Positions 15,001-26,797 of a DNA stretch of 64,000 nucleotides are shown here, one piece after another. The notes beneath the pieces were generated by a model, which made no database searches, was not told where the DNA came from, and was given only the letters and a program-made list of their open reading frames with translations. Source of the stretch: Guillardia theta CCMP2712 (taxonomy: Eukaryota > Protista > Cryptophyta); assembly GCF_000315625.1 (NCBI RefSeq), contig NW_005434664.1, positions 62,001-126,000 of the forward strand. Direction: 5' to 3'. A program made the translations under genes and the position numbers. Every line of letters starts with the position of its first letter. Positions within the stretch are counted from its first letter, which is position 1.

Positions 15001-18000
15001 TGTTCGTAGCTAGTACCTCAACTTGCTTCTGTGGAGATCGACTGCTAGATCAACCTGGCAATGCTCGTTACTGTCTTAAACCGATAGTTGCTCTTGGAGC
15101 CTCCTTCAACTTCACAAGAGCTTTTGGAGCCAGGATCCTTGCTATCCGTGCGTCCGGAGCTCTTCTCCGGCCGAATCTCCCGAAGTCCATCATACCTCCT
15201 GTAGTGCTCGAGCCAGATTTAGCAACGATCCCTTCAGTGACGAATGCCATCCCGCAGCCACAAATCGGAGATGCGGCTCCTCTCAAGGTGTATGGATCTG
15301 AGTTTGTAATATCTACTATAGGGCAGAGCAGTCCCTACCCGGCAGCAACAAACACTTTGACTGTAACGTTGTGTGCGAATCTCTTGCTCACATCTCTTGC
15401 TATCATCACCATTGAAGGTCTCACGGGAGGAAGCTCGCCGACAGGAGCGCTGGCTTTGGAGGGACCAGGGGCTCTGTCGTTTCAGAATGCGGCAACTGGA
15501 ATACCAGGAACAGCGGACTGGAACGATAATCGCAAGACTTTGAATCTATTTGTAGTTTCCAATGTGTCCGTCTTTTCCGTTCAAATTTTCAGCTTCAACC
15601 TGCAGAATTCAATTTCAGGGCAAAGCTCTCCACCAATTTCTTTGAGCGCCAGTGGAATAACTGGTGGCGTATACCCAGTCCCATCAAGAATTCTTCGTAA
15701 AGCAATGACGAAAGATCTTACAACGATCTTAACTAATATCTTAGGTGCATCCCAAGGTGATGCTGCTCCTCTCAAAATTCAAGCTCCTAAATTTCTGATC
15801 AAACGGGTCTCACAATCTTATGCTTGGCCTTGTCAGAGCTGTGGCGTGCAAAATTATATCCATGTTACACTTGCTGTTAACTTCATCGCATCTGGATTGA
15901 CGAACAGTGAAATCATTCTCTCAGGATTGCGAGGGTCTGCGACATCCGATTCAGGCGGAAATTCAATATTGGTTGCAGATCTTGATGCAGAAGCTTCGGA
16001 AATGCTCATAGATGATTCTAGCGGCAGTTTGACTTCGCGAGAGGGCTCTCGACTGTACTTAAAGGGCAATCCAGTGATCGAAGAATGGTTTTCCACTTTC
16101 ACTCAGGTTTCAGGAAGCGCCTACCTCGATCAAGGCATACACGACCTCCGGTTGGAGTACAAGGAATTGACTGGACTAGCCAAAGTAAGCTTGAAATGGA
16201 AATCGTCTTCTGGCATCTTGCAACCTATTCCAAACTCAGTACTGTACTATGGTAAAGCAGCCATAGGGACTGAGATCAATGTGTACGCCTGCGGCGATGG
16301 GCTTGTTTCAAGATCGGCAGAAGAATGTGATGATGGGAATACAGAATCAAACGATGGATGTTCGAGCAGCTGCAGCGTTGAATATGGTTATTCATGCCAT
16401 TCCACCCCAAGTCTTTGCAAAACGATTTGTGGGGATGGTAGGAGAGTTTCTTTAGAGTACGGAGGTTTGGAACAATGTGATGATGGCAACTTGTACGATG
16501 GAGACGGGTGTAGCTCAGCCTGTGCGATAGAATTCAACTACTCCTGCATCGGAGGCACTCCACTTACGAGGGATTACTGTAAGGTTTTGCCTCCAAGCTA
16601 TGACACAAGCGATAAAACCATTCATCTTGACTTCGTAACAATTACTGTAAATTCTGAAACCCGTGCTTCAAAATTATTGATTCAATTCCTTCCTTCACAA
16701 ATTTTCTTTCCGACCGAATCAAATTCTGTGAGATTGAGCGTGCAAAGAAATGGTACAAGACTTCGGAGCTTTGCTACACGGGATGGAATGTTAAGAAGCG
16801 ATATATCCTCTGATGAGTTCCTCCTGAAAGTTGGAGGAGGTATCATATTCAGAAGCATCTTTCTTAACACGACAACATTGAAATTAGATGTGTTGCACTG
16901 TTATGACATCAACAACATTCTCATCCAAAAAGAAGACGCTGCAATCAGTGGAATCATTGGTTCTACTTACAATGATAGCTCGCCATTGAATTTGAAGAGT
17001 CTTGGATTTATAGAGAATTTAATCTCACAAAGCACATCATCTGTCGCATCAATCAATATTCTGAAAGTATCCATAGCTCTAAACATAGACGTTCCCTATG
17101 ATCCGAATGAATGTGGGTTGACAATCAAGGGACTGACAGGAAGTGACAGCCCACGCACGCAGGGGTTTACCAGCATAATTCCTCTTGATGAATATGTCCA
17201 AGTATTACAAGTAAGCGACTCACAGTTGTTCTCTAATGCAGGGATTGGGATTCTCCGAATTGATCAAGAGCTTATGTTGTTTCAAGAAAAACGAAACCTG
17301 CTGTATGTCAAAAGAGGATTTCTTCGCTCTCTACAGAAATCACATGAAGACCTGACCAACGTAATCTTGGAGAATGTCGCATTCATCCAAGAAGGACTAA
17401 ATGAAAGCGATAGTACTTCTCTTGTTGAATCTGCATCCTTTGCAAACATCAAACCAAACGATATCCTGCAGATTGATCAAGAATTGATTTTCTTAGAGTA
17501 TGTGGATCTTCATTATTCAATCTGCCCCAAAGGCTGCGAAAGACAGATTGACCTTCGATGCCAGTGTTTTGCAAGTCGATACGACAGACTTTCCTTTCAA
17601 AGAGGAATAGGAAATACTCTACCGACTTCTCACAAGAATCACGCTGTCATTCAGCGATTATTCGTTGACTACATTGTAAATCATCCTGTTTCGACATCAG
17701 ACACTTTTTTGAATTTAAGAAAGCGGGATTTGACAATCGAGGGGGTCTTTCTGTATCGAAAGTACATCAAATTAGGAACAGAAATCTTGTTTGTAAACTC
17801 GATCAATTTTCCAACTGCTGGCGTCCGACGAGGAACCGTGGGCACACGACCTTTGTCAATCGCATTAGGTACTCTGGTCGAGATTCCAAAACAATCTATT
17901 CTATCCTCTGACATCACCGATGCGTCAGCAGACACAATATTCCTACAGTCCGTCTCATCTTGCTGTGTGTTCGTTGGAGACTATATCCAGATTGATGACG

Positions 18001-21000
18001 AAGTCTTGCTCATTCTTGCCATCAGCCAAAACAATCTGTCGGTCTCCAGGGGTGCAAGCTCGAGCGCAGCTACGTCACACACTGCAGGAGCTGCCGTCAT
18101 TGCTATCCACAGCACCGCGATCGTGCAGGGATGGAATTTCCTGGAAACCGCCACGAAGCTTCTGCTACAATCGTACGACATGCCCTCTATACAGGTCGGT
18201 CGCTTCCTTCAGATCGAGGACGAGATCGTCCTGGTGACCAACGTCTCGACCGACGGAGTAGAGACCGAGAGAGGAGTAGGGCAGACTGAAGTCGTGGCAC
18301 ACGCCGGGGGAACCACCGTGACTGTGGTGCTCATGACCACAGTCATCAGAGAGAGCCGGATATGGCACAACGATACGGCTATACGTGTTTTCAACACAAG
18401 TGTGTTCGAGATATCTTCTGGTCTGTTCTTGGAGCTCGAGGACGAAATCATCCTCGTCAGTGATGTCAGAGCAGTATCCGACGCGGTCTTGGAGCTACAG
18501 GTAGTGAGAGGCTTAGCCGGAACATACCCCAGAGAGCATGCAGGTGGCTCGATCGTCAAGCCGACGACAGGCGCTCGATTGACGGCAGATGTGACTGCGA
18601 CGGACGATCGATTTGCGATCTCATCCAGCTTTGACATTCCAAATCTGGAGCAGGGAGCATATCTGCAGGTAGGGGAAGAAGTGGTTCGAGTGGAGCAGGT
18701 CGGTGCGGACTATTTGTCTGTCGCAAGAGGACAATACTTGACGGAAGTTGTTGCCTTCCCCTCGCGATCTCAGCTCATTCTGTGCGACAGAACTCTCTTA
18801 ATCCTCGGATCAGACATGGCCGCTTCATCTCTAACACTCTCTCTGGACGTGTCATCGTGGAACTTTAGTCCCGTTGTTGGTGATTACCTGCAGGTTGAAG
18901 CAGAAGTCGTGCGAGTCGGTCATATCGATACTTCTGGTAATTCATTCACTGTCCAGCGGAGTATGCTAGGGACTGTTGCCGTCAACCATCCAGATGGAAG
19001 CGTAGTTAAATCTGTGAAAACATACAAACTAAATGTGAAGTATCCGATGGACCAAGCTCAGGGATGGATGATGATCGATAGCGTGGATATGGAAGCTTTC
19101 TTTGTTGGGGGTATCCTACAAATCGATGATGAATTAGTTGGTATCTCCTACATGAACATCTCAAATCTCACTGTTACAAGAGGAATTTTCAGCTCGGCAA
19201 CTTCCTTTCACAGCAATGGAACTATCGTTCCATATCTCAGCGCCTCGCTCTCCATGAAAGAAACCGGGTTCTATCCTGGCCAACTTTCGATTGAAGATGA
19301 AATCATAAGTGTTGCTTCCACTCCTCTCACCTTTCAACCATATACTTACCTGAAGATTGACGAGGAAATTCTACTAGTCAAGGCAAATCTCAGCAATGCC
19401 TTGTATGTGGTTGAGCGAGGGTCTGCTGGAACTGCTGTCTCAATACACTCCGACGGGTCGATCATCACTCAACTTCGTATGACTGTTTTGAATCACAGTG
19501 AAGGGTTGTCAGAATTTGACAATCGAACGATGTTATCAAGAACCGCCTACTTCTGTACGATCCGGGTGGGAACGTTCATGGAGATTGAGGATGAAATTGT
19601 CCGTGTATCGAGCGTGGCAGACCCTTATGTTTTTATCTCTCGGGGACAAGCAGGAACTGTTCCAAGATTCCATCCTGACAAGGCGAAAGTGTCGATCCCA
19701 ATAGAAACTTTTCTTTTGAACGACTTAGAAGCTACAACAAGCACATTCAGTGTTGAAGACGCATCAGCAGCTGATATCAGCATCAGTATGTACATACAAA
19801 TTGACGAAGAAATCATGTTTGTTCAAAATAAGACTGGGGATCTCGTTACTGTACTGCGTGCTCAGAGGTTTACTACTGCTTCCTTTCATTCAAAGTATTC
19901 CATCGTGATTGCGGTGCGGAGAACAGGCTTGTTCATGAATTATACTTTGGACATTGTTTCAGAAGAGATTAATGTATACTCAGCAAAAACTGCAGGAATA
20001 TTGCCCGGGTCAGATTTGATCTTAGGAAACGAATACCTCTTTGTCACGGATGTTGAAGGAAACCGTTTGACTGTAAAACGAGGAATGTACAACTCCTCAG
20101 TTGAGAGTCATCACTCAGGCGCAAAGATCTCTGCGACTACACCTCTGATCTCACAATCACAGTCTCCTGACAGATTCGCTCCAAATGGTTGGGACCCCCT
20201 CACTGGCACGCTTGCAATCAAGGTTCTAACTAGCCTCATCAAGAATACTGCATACTCCTTTGCTTTCCCCTTACTCAACCCTGCCGCACCTCAAGGGCCC
20301 GTGACACCTGATCTAATCCTCAGCTGTGGAGCAGTTTCTCTACAGCAGACAATGAGTGTCAGCAGCAGCTCGCCTCCCCTCCAAGTCGACCCTCCTGCCT
20401 TCATCGTAAAAACTATCCGTCAAAGCTCTCCGTATCCTGAGGCAACCAATGTCATCCGGGTTGAGTTTGCCGTGAACTTCGATGCTTCTCCTCCATCTGC
20501 AGTTGTAGTCTCTGGCCTTGTGGGAAGCTTGACTCATGATGACAATCATCTTGCAATCGGCCCTTGCGATCTCAACGAAGTAGGCGTGTTTGACATAGAG
20601 GCAAGGTGGCAACAGAATTCCGGAACGATCTCGCTTCTCACAAGGAACAACAGCCTGATCGAAGCTAACAAGCTTTATTGTTTCACTTTCAATCTTACCA
20701 ACCCGACCTTATCTCAGAATGCAAATGACGTTTACATCGTTCTCTCAAATCAGAAGATTTCAGCTCAAGGCAAAATGGAAACAGAGGCATTCTGTATCCC
20801 CTCTTCTGGACAATCCCAGCTTTCTGCATACATTCCTGATCCTGTTACAAGTATCTTAGCAGTAATGAGTACTGCTGCATTTCAAAATGGTAAACTTATA
20901 CAGTGTGATGAGGAAATCATGCTGGTTCAAAGGATTCACAATGATACCATCTTGCAAGTTTCTCGTGGGTATGGAGGCAGCAACGCAACTTGTCACAGCG

Positions 21001-23445
21001 TTGGAATGACAGTCTACAGCATTCTACTAGGCGCTCAACAGGGTGACTGCAGGCCGTTGAAAATTTTGACACCTGGCTTTGTTCTCAAAGCGATCAAGCA
21101 GAGCACTTTCTATGCTGATGTCACCAATCGGATGACGGTTGAGCTTGGGACGAACGTTGATCTGCCTATCGCCGCATCCATCACCATCAATGGGTTGAAG
21201 TCGTCAAGCACTGAAGATTCTCCTTTTCTTCCTCTGAAATATTCAACAAGCAACGCGTCAATCTTCGGGCCGTACGGAGCTTGGACCCAGAGCGAAGGGA
21301 CCTTGATTCTGAGGGTGACGGCAAACAGAAGCATTGAAAAAGATACAATCTACTCCTTCAGCTTTGCGTTGAAGAATCCGCTGCTGACATCTGAACCGAA
21401 GTATGGGATAGGTCATAGTCCTCCTGATGTTTTCATCTCGTCATCAAGCAGTCGAACCATCCCTCCTGTCATCATGTCGTGGGATCAGGGGGCTCCTTGC
21501 CTTGATTACCTCAGTCTGCTCAGCAGTGTTGACAGTATTCAGAATGCCATCCAAGTATCCAACGCGTCGAGAGTCTATGCTGGGTATCAGCTGAGGCTAG
21601 ACAATGAGCTTGTTGGTGTTGTCAGAGTCCTCAATCTCACCGTTTGGGTGCAGCGAGCGCAGGGAGAAACCTCCTCGGAGCCGCACCTAGAGGGGTCTCA
21701 AGCTTGTGTCATCGTGCCTGGAGCTAGGAGGGGGTACGCGCGGCCTTTCCTCATAGTCAAGCCAGGAATCTCAGCTGCTCTCTGCTCACAGCAGTCGAGC
21801 TTTCAAGACACCAACAACTCTGTCTCTTTGATCTTTGCTACAAGCATGCTCATGTCATCTTGGCAAATCGCAACGTTGACTGTGACAGGTCTCTCTGGCA
21901 TGAGCGGAGTGCAGCCAGTGCGCATCCAACACGTAGGGGGCAAGTTGGTATTCGAGGAAGAGGCAGAGTTGGTGCCGAGAAGCGGAGAGATGATTCTGAG
22001 AGTTGTTGCTGACTTGACGTGGCTGCCATATGAAACAACTTGGATCTCATTCAATCTTGTCAATCCCAAGTACTCCATTCGAAATAATCTGGTTGAGTTC
22101 TGGTTCAGAGATTTTCAATCAAGCCTGACGTTTCAGGGTGTTTTCTTAGATCCGCAAACCCTCCAACAAACTTCCCTGATCGTCCAAGAGAGCCATTTTC
22201 TGATCAAGACAGCTTATCAAAGCACTCCTCTGCCCTCGGCCCTAAACAACATAACCGTTCATTTCTCTCATAGCTCAAGGCTTACAGCTGCAACCCTCAC
22301 CCTGCATGGTTTGACTGGGTCGCAAACGCCTGATGACAATGTCTTACCTCTGGTACCTTCTTCTGATTCTCAACTTTTCCTTCCGACCGAATCTCGTTGG
22401 AACCAGTCGTCAGGCCAGCTCATAGTCCCGTGTGACAAGGACATTCCGCCAGGAGCCACCATCTCGTTTCAGTTCTCCCTGAGAAATCCTCCCTTTGAGA
22501 ACCTGGTCTTGACTCCCCTCATCGAAATCAGCTCGGCAGATCTCACCATCCCACCTACAGCCTTTGATATCAACCACCACTATCCCTGCATTGGTACAAC
22601 GAGTCTGATGTACGATTTTTACGTTTGCTTCAATCATGCGATGGAGGTAGTATCTGTGGAAGAGGCACAAATTCAGAAAGGTTCAATGATTTCCATTGAA
22701 GGTGATCTGATTGTTGTTGATGAAGTGCTGGGGGAACAGCTTCAGATTGAAATGAAGCACAAGGTTTCTTCAAATACCATGTACAAGGCAGGTACACCAG
22801 TGTGTCACGTCTTTCCTGGTACAACCACTCTCGACGTCAACCCTCTGCAAACTCTAGCGCCAGGATTTCAAGTGATCAGGATGGCTCAGAACAATCCAAC
22901 CCCTGGCTCCTTGAATCAAATTAGCGTCACGTTTGTTGCCAACGTGCTGATGGAGGTCGGGGCAGTATCAGCTGTGGTTGTGAGCGGCTTCAAAGGGACT
23001 GGCGCTCAAGTCATGACCATCGTTGGCACTCAAGTGGATGTCAACGGGACTGATTCTGCCGTGTTTGATCACAAAGGAGTGTGGAATGAAAGTGCTGGGA
23101 GTTTGACGCTGACGATCGCAGAAGGGAAGTCGATCATGCCAGGAAGATACTACTCCGTGACTTTCGTCGTCATCAACCCCCCGAATCCTCTCCTTCAGAC
23201 ACCAGACTTCGTCTTAAGCGCAAGATGCTTTCACTCCGATTCAAGCATTTACTATCAGGTCACGCAGCGAAACCAAACGACAGCGCTGCAGGAGTACAAC
23301 CAGGTAGGCAGAGAAAAGAGCTCGATGCTTCTTCTTACTCTTGTTTCCACAGACTCTCGTGCTGGAGCTGCCGTGCCTTGTAAGTGCCTTCGCGACATTC
23401 CCTGAGAAAGAGCAGAGCGACTCTCATCAAGTCGAATTCAGCTAG
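1..23445 (+). CDS. Giant (>7,700 aa, 5'-partial) multi-module repeat protein, probably extracellular/surface; ORFs 81..14357 and 14361..23405 are exons of one gene
   Basis: The frame is open from base 3 (FTVEKVKEYVDTQNQPREIFGISSVELTN...). The 51-nt intron 14320..14370 (AG|GTAATG...TCACAG|GT) rebuilds the recurrent motif EISQSTSTIG-GKNNIYVTL. A further intron 23304..23352 leads to a stop at 23443-23445 (3' end less certain). The same repeat families occur in both ORFs, with many N-x-S/T sequons. Confidence 0.9.
6882..7710 (+). repeat. Internal duplication, copy 1 (829 bp)
   Basis: Nearly identical to 17889..18717 (offset 11,007); about 5 substitutions seen by eye. Confidence 0.95.
14320..14370 (+). 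other. 51-nt spliceosomal intron containing the in-frame TGA that splits the giant ORF
   Basis: GTAATG donor, T-rich body and CACAG acceptor. The size matches other introns in the window and splicing restores the domain consensus. Confidence 0.9.
16030..16250 (+). other. C-terminal half of a PA14-like domain within the giant protein
   Basis: LTSREGSRLYLKGNPVIEEW...SGSAYLDQGIHDLRLEYKELTGLAKVSLKWKS...IPNSVLY follows the PA14 consensus (SDDGSRLxIDG...LxxGxHxIxLEYxE...LxW...IP). Confidence 0.75.
16290..16580 (+). repeat. Two Myxococcus-type cysteine-rich repeats (CGDG...ECDDGN...DGCS..C)
   Basis: CGDGLVSRSAEECDDGNTESNDGCSSSC and CGDGRRVSLEYGGLEQCDDGNLYDGDGCSSAC. Confidence 0.85.
17889..18717 (+). 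repeat. Internal duplication, copy 2 (829 bp)
   Basis: Nearly identical to 6882..7710; the alternative-frame ORFs in the track are also duplicated (6913/17920, 7202/18209). Confidence 0.95.
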
Positions 23446-23524
23446 AATTGAGCCGGACGAATGAGACCGGAGAGGAGAGGTTAGCTAGGGGAAGGTGTTG
23501 TTTCTCATTTCTATTGAATCAAAG

Positions 23525-26500
23525 TTACGTAGACTCTGATTGCCGACGAAACTCTTCTCTAAGCTCCATCGTTGTTGAAAGGATCTCTTTGTACCTGATC
23601 GAGATCCAAAACAAAAGATATCAAAACGAACTCACCACATGAGCACACATACATCTCGTGAACTCCATCCACATTGTGAACAGAGGCCGCACTCATTCGC
23701 ATTGACTGCATGAAACATGACAACTTGTTGAAACCATTCAGCAAATACCTTTCCCAAAGCCTTTCCCAATCTGTTCCTACTCAACGCAAACACGATGGGA
23801 ATCTGGTAGATTCATCAGGTTGTGTTCTCAGACTCTCCTCCTGTACCCCTTTACTCTTGGCTGCCTTTATGATCTCCTCGACCCTGTCGTCCAGCCCTCC
23901 CTCGCTCTTGCACTCGACGTGAGTTGTCAAGGTGCAAGTAAAGCCGCAGCTCACCGGGCTACTTTCAATGTTGGGGGCGATGACGACAAGCTTCGCTTCC
24001 TGCAGGTCGTCAACAGACTCTCATGACGTCCTTTCAACCTGAATGCGAACACTACGATATACTTCTCGTAGCCCAGAAGAAACCCTGTCATGCTCCTGAG
24101 CCTCAACCCTGCATCACTGCTTCGGTGCAGACCTTCTCTTCATCTTCGCCTTCAAGGGGTCTCGTTCCTTCATTCTTTCCTTGATTCCAAAGTTAAGGAG
24201 AAGAACTTACAAGTGCAACTGCAAACAGTACTTGGAATGCATTCAGCTTGGACAAGAAGTTGAAAACTGTTTTGTTCAGATCCTCGCTCAACTTGCAGAA
24301 AAGTCAGGATTGCAGCCTATCAGTCCTGAGTGAGATTACTACCTTTTGATCGCAATATTCCCGTATTAATGTCTGATTTTCTTGATGCAGCCTCACCATC
24401 AAGTAATATCACAGCATGTAGTCACTTACTTCTGCCCTCTCCTTCACACACTGAACCCTTGCCAATGTTGACGGTTTTCACACTTTGCTGGGCTGCTTGA
24501 TCACAACTGTGAGAGATCGAGGTGGACGTATTCAGGGAATCTGAGCAGGTGACTGAGCAGCAGAACATCGGCGAGATGACATTCTGACCATCTTCATCAG
24601 AAAGGCGATCAACTTGATTATCCGAGTGATGCTCTGATTCCTGTTAGCTCCGTCAGCACGTGCTAAGCGCCTGATAATCATCACCATAGAAAATGAAGGC
24701 ACGAACTCCGGAGCAGTCGGACGCGCCCAACTGAGCAGATTCTTCACAGGAAGGTGCTGCACGAGGGATTTGGTGGCTAGTTGTTGCGATCGACGACCTG
24801 CAAGAGGTCAGGACGGTGAGACTTTGAAATCGAGACTTTTACATGTCCAGGACACGACCGAAGGCAACGACCAGAAGGTAGACAACCCTTGTGGTTCCTG
24901 CGTCCAACCAGTGAGAAAGACAGAAAATTCGTGGAGGCAGGACAACCATGACTGCCTCATCTTCATCTTCACTGGATGACTCTGAGTCCTGGAGTCGGAC
25001 CTTAATTCGGGGTGAGGAGATGGAGCGCAAAAGACAAACCTGGTTGAGAACTTCCAAGAGTTGCTGCAACACTTGCGTATCAATAGAAGGAGATGAGATG
25101 AGATGAGATGAGATGAGATGAGATGAGATGAGATGAGATGAGATGAGATGAGATGAGATGAGATGAGATGACCTCAAGATGGTCTGGATTGGTAGCATTC
25201 ATGCCATGGTCTTCAAGCCAAGCCTCTAGAATAAAGATAAGAACAAGTGTTGTCATCATCGAAAGTCTGCCACCTGCTAAGTGTGCAGCTTCTGCATCAA
25301 GGAAAAGTTAGTTTTTCATGTACACCATCGTCATGTGAGAGACCGTGTGAGAGCTCAAGGATTTCTTGTCCACCATCTTCGTGTTGTTGATCTTCGACGT
25401 TCGCCTCGGGCACGGCAGTCGCAGCTTCAGTGCTTCGTGCCTCGGCCTTTCCCTCACGGACAAGTCTCTCAGCACTGATGATCGAATGGCCAGCATCACT
25501 CCAACTACTTGCATCCACTGAGCAATCACCGGTCTTTGAGAATCAGCTTCTTGAGAGAAGAAAGCTTGTTCTTCTTTGCTGTCCGCTCTTTTCTAGTAGC
25601 CATGGAGGTCAGGAGGTACAAGGAGGTACTATTACATCAGAGCAAGGACACATCAAGAGCAAGTAGAGCAGTACGGCTACCTCCTCAAGACAAGCGTCCG
25701 CTGACTGTCGGCGGCATTCGGGTTCAAGACAGGTGTGGACTTCTTGGAAGCGGCGCTACAGCTCTGCTGTGTTTCAGTAGTCCATGAGTTACGAAACAAT
25801 GAACCTGCTGAGCTTGTGGAGCCGAAGGAGCTTTCGAGGCTCTGCTATTAAAGATGGGAAGCAATTCAAACAGCGTTATTGGACTTTTCTTTGGTTTTGT
25901 ACTGGATTGGGTTTCTGGAAAGCAAATCATCATGGGAGTTTGGAAGGTATGCAATGAATAATCAATTTCACACGTTTGTCTGCTCCCTCCTGATGCCTGG
26001 ACTCATTCATGGCGTTCTTTTTCCGGCCCTCATTCGTTGACGACTTTGACTTCGACCCAACGGTGACCCATTCATCTTTTCCCGCCACTCCTGCAGCTCA
26101 TGGATCAACAAAAACAACCTAAACAACAAGAACAAGTTCCTGCTGGCAGTGGATCATGATCCTTCTTCAGGATGTGCACACTTCCCCGTGCCCATGCTCC
26201 TTTTGGGGCATACCTGCGTCAACTTTGAACACCATGTGTGGGTGTAGAAAGGAAGTTACGATTCTTGGGCTGTTGCGATCTCTGACAGCGACAGAAGATT
26301 CTCGGTATCGCGATGATTTGTCGTTCTGTTTTCGAATGCATTGCTTCGTTCTCCTGCTCCTCCAATACCTGGTAGCCGTCTGTCTCCTGCCTCCCCCTTG
26401 CCTCCCCGTCCTCCCCCTCGCCCTCCACGTCCTCCCCCTCGCCCACCATTCTCGCCTTGTCCCCTGTCTGCTCTCTCACCGCTTCTCTCGCTTCCGCCTC

Positions 26501-26656
26501 CCCTCCCTCTGCTCCTCCCCCCTCCCCTCTCCCCTCTCCCCTCTCCCCTCTCCCCTCTCCCCTCCCTCTCCCTCCCTCCCTTCCCCTCTCCCCTCCCCTC
26601 TCCCCTCCCCTCTCTCTTCTCCCATCTTTGTCGCCTCCCTTATCTTTGGTCGACAT
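23525..26656 (-). CDS. SECISBP2: SECIS-binding protein 2 (SID domain + L7Ae RNA-binding domain), multi-exon
   Basis: Reconstructed minus-strand exons: KERTAKKNKLSSLKKLILKDR (K-rich SID), IREYCDQK, ERMKERDPLKAKMKRR-VSSGLREVYRSVRIQ-EAKLVVIAPNIESSP-SEGGLDDRVEEIIKAAKSKG-IPIVFALSRNRLGKALGK-SMRMSAASVHNVDGVHEM-YKEILSTTMELREEFRRQSEST*. The start codon is uncertain. Confidence 0.88.
25090..25171. repeat. (GAGAT)n microsatellite, ~16 copies, in an SBP2 intron
   Basis: Perfect pentamer array. Confidence 0.95.
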
Positions 26657-26797
26657 TGCACGCTGGGTCGGAGAATTGACTAAAACATTCAAAGTATGGC
26701 GAGACGGCTGGCAGCGCCTGCTGGCACCTTTGCCATGGTGGGGGCGGAGAGTGGCGGAGAGGAGGGGCAAGGAGAGCGATCGATCGTAGTGACGCAC

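Noticed and set aside
1-23445. Prophage or bacterial contaminant contig
   Set aside because: The gene has spliceosomal introns and runs directly into eukaryotic genes; no capsid, terminase or integrase genes are visible.
26156-26797. Pro/Ser- or Gly/Glu/Arg-rich ORFs over simple repeats (also 45890-46471, 51179-51572, 53959-54792)
   Set aside because: These are mostly translations of GA/CT low-complexity tracts in leaders or introns; only parts of the minus-strand frame near 26219-26656 may be SBP2 exon.
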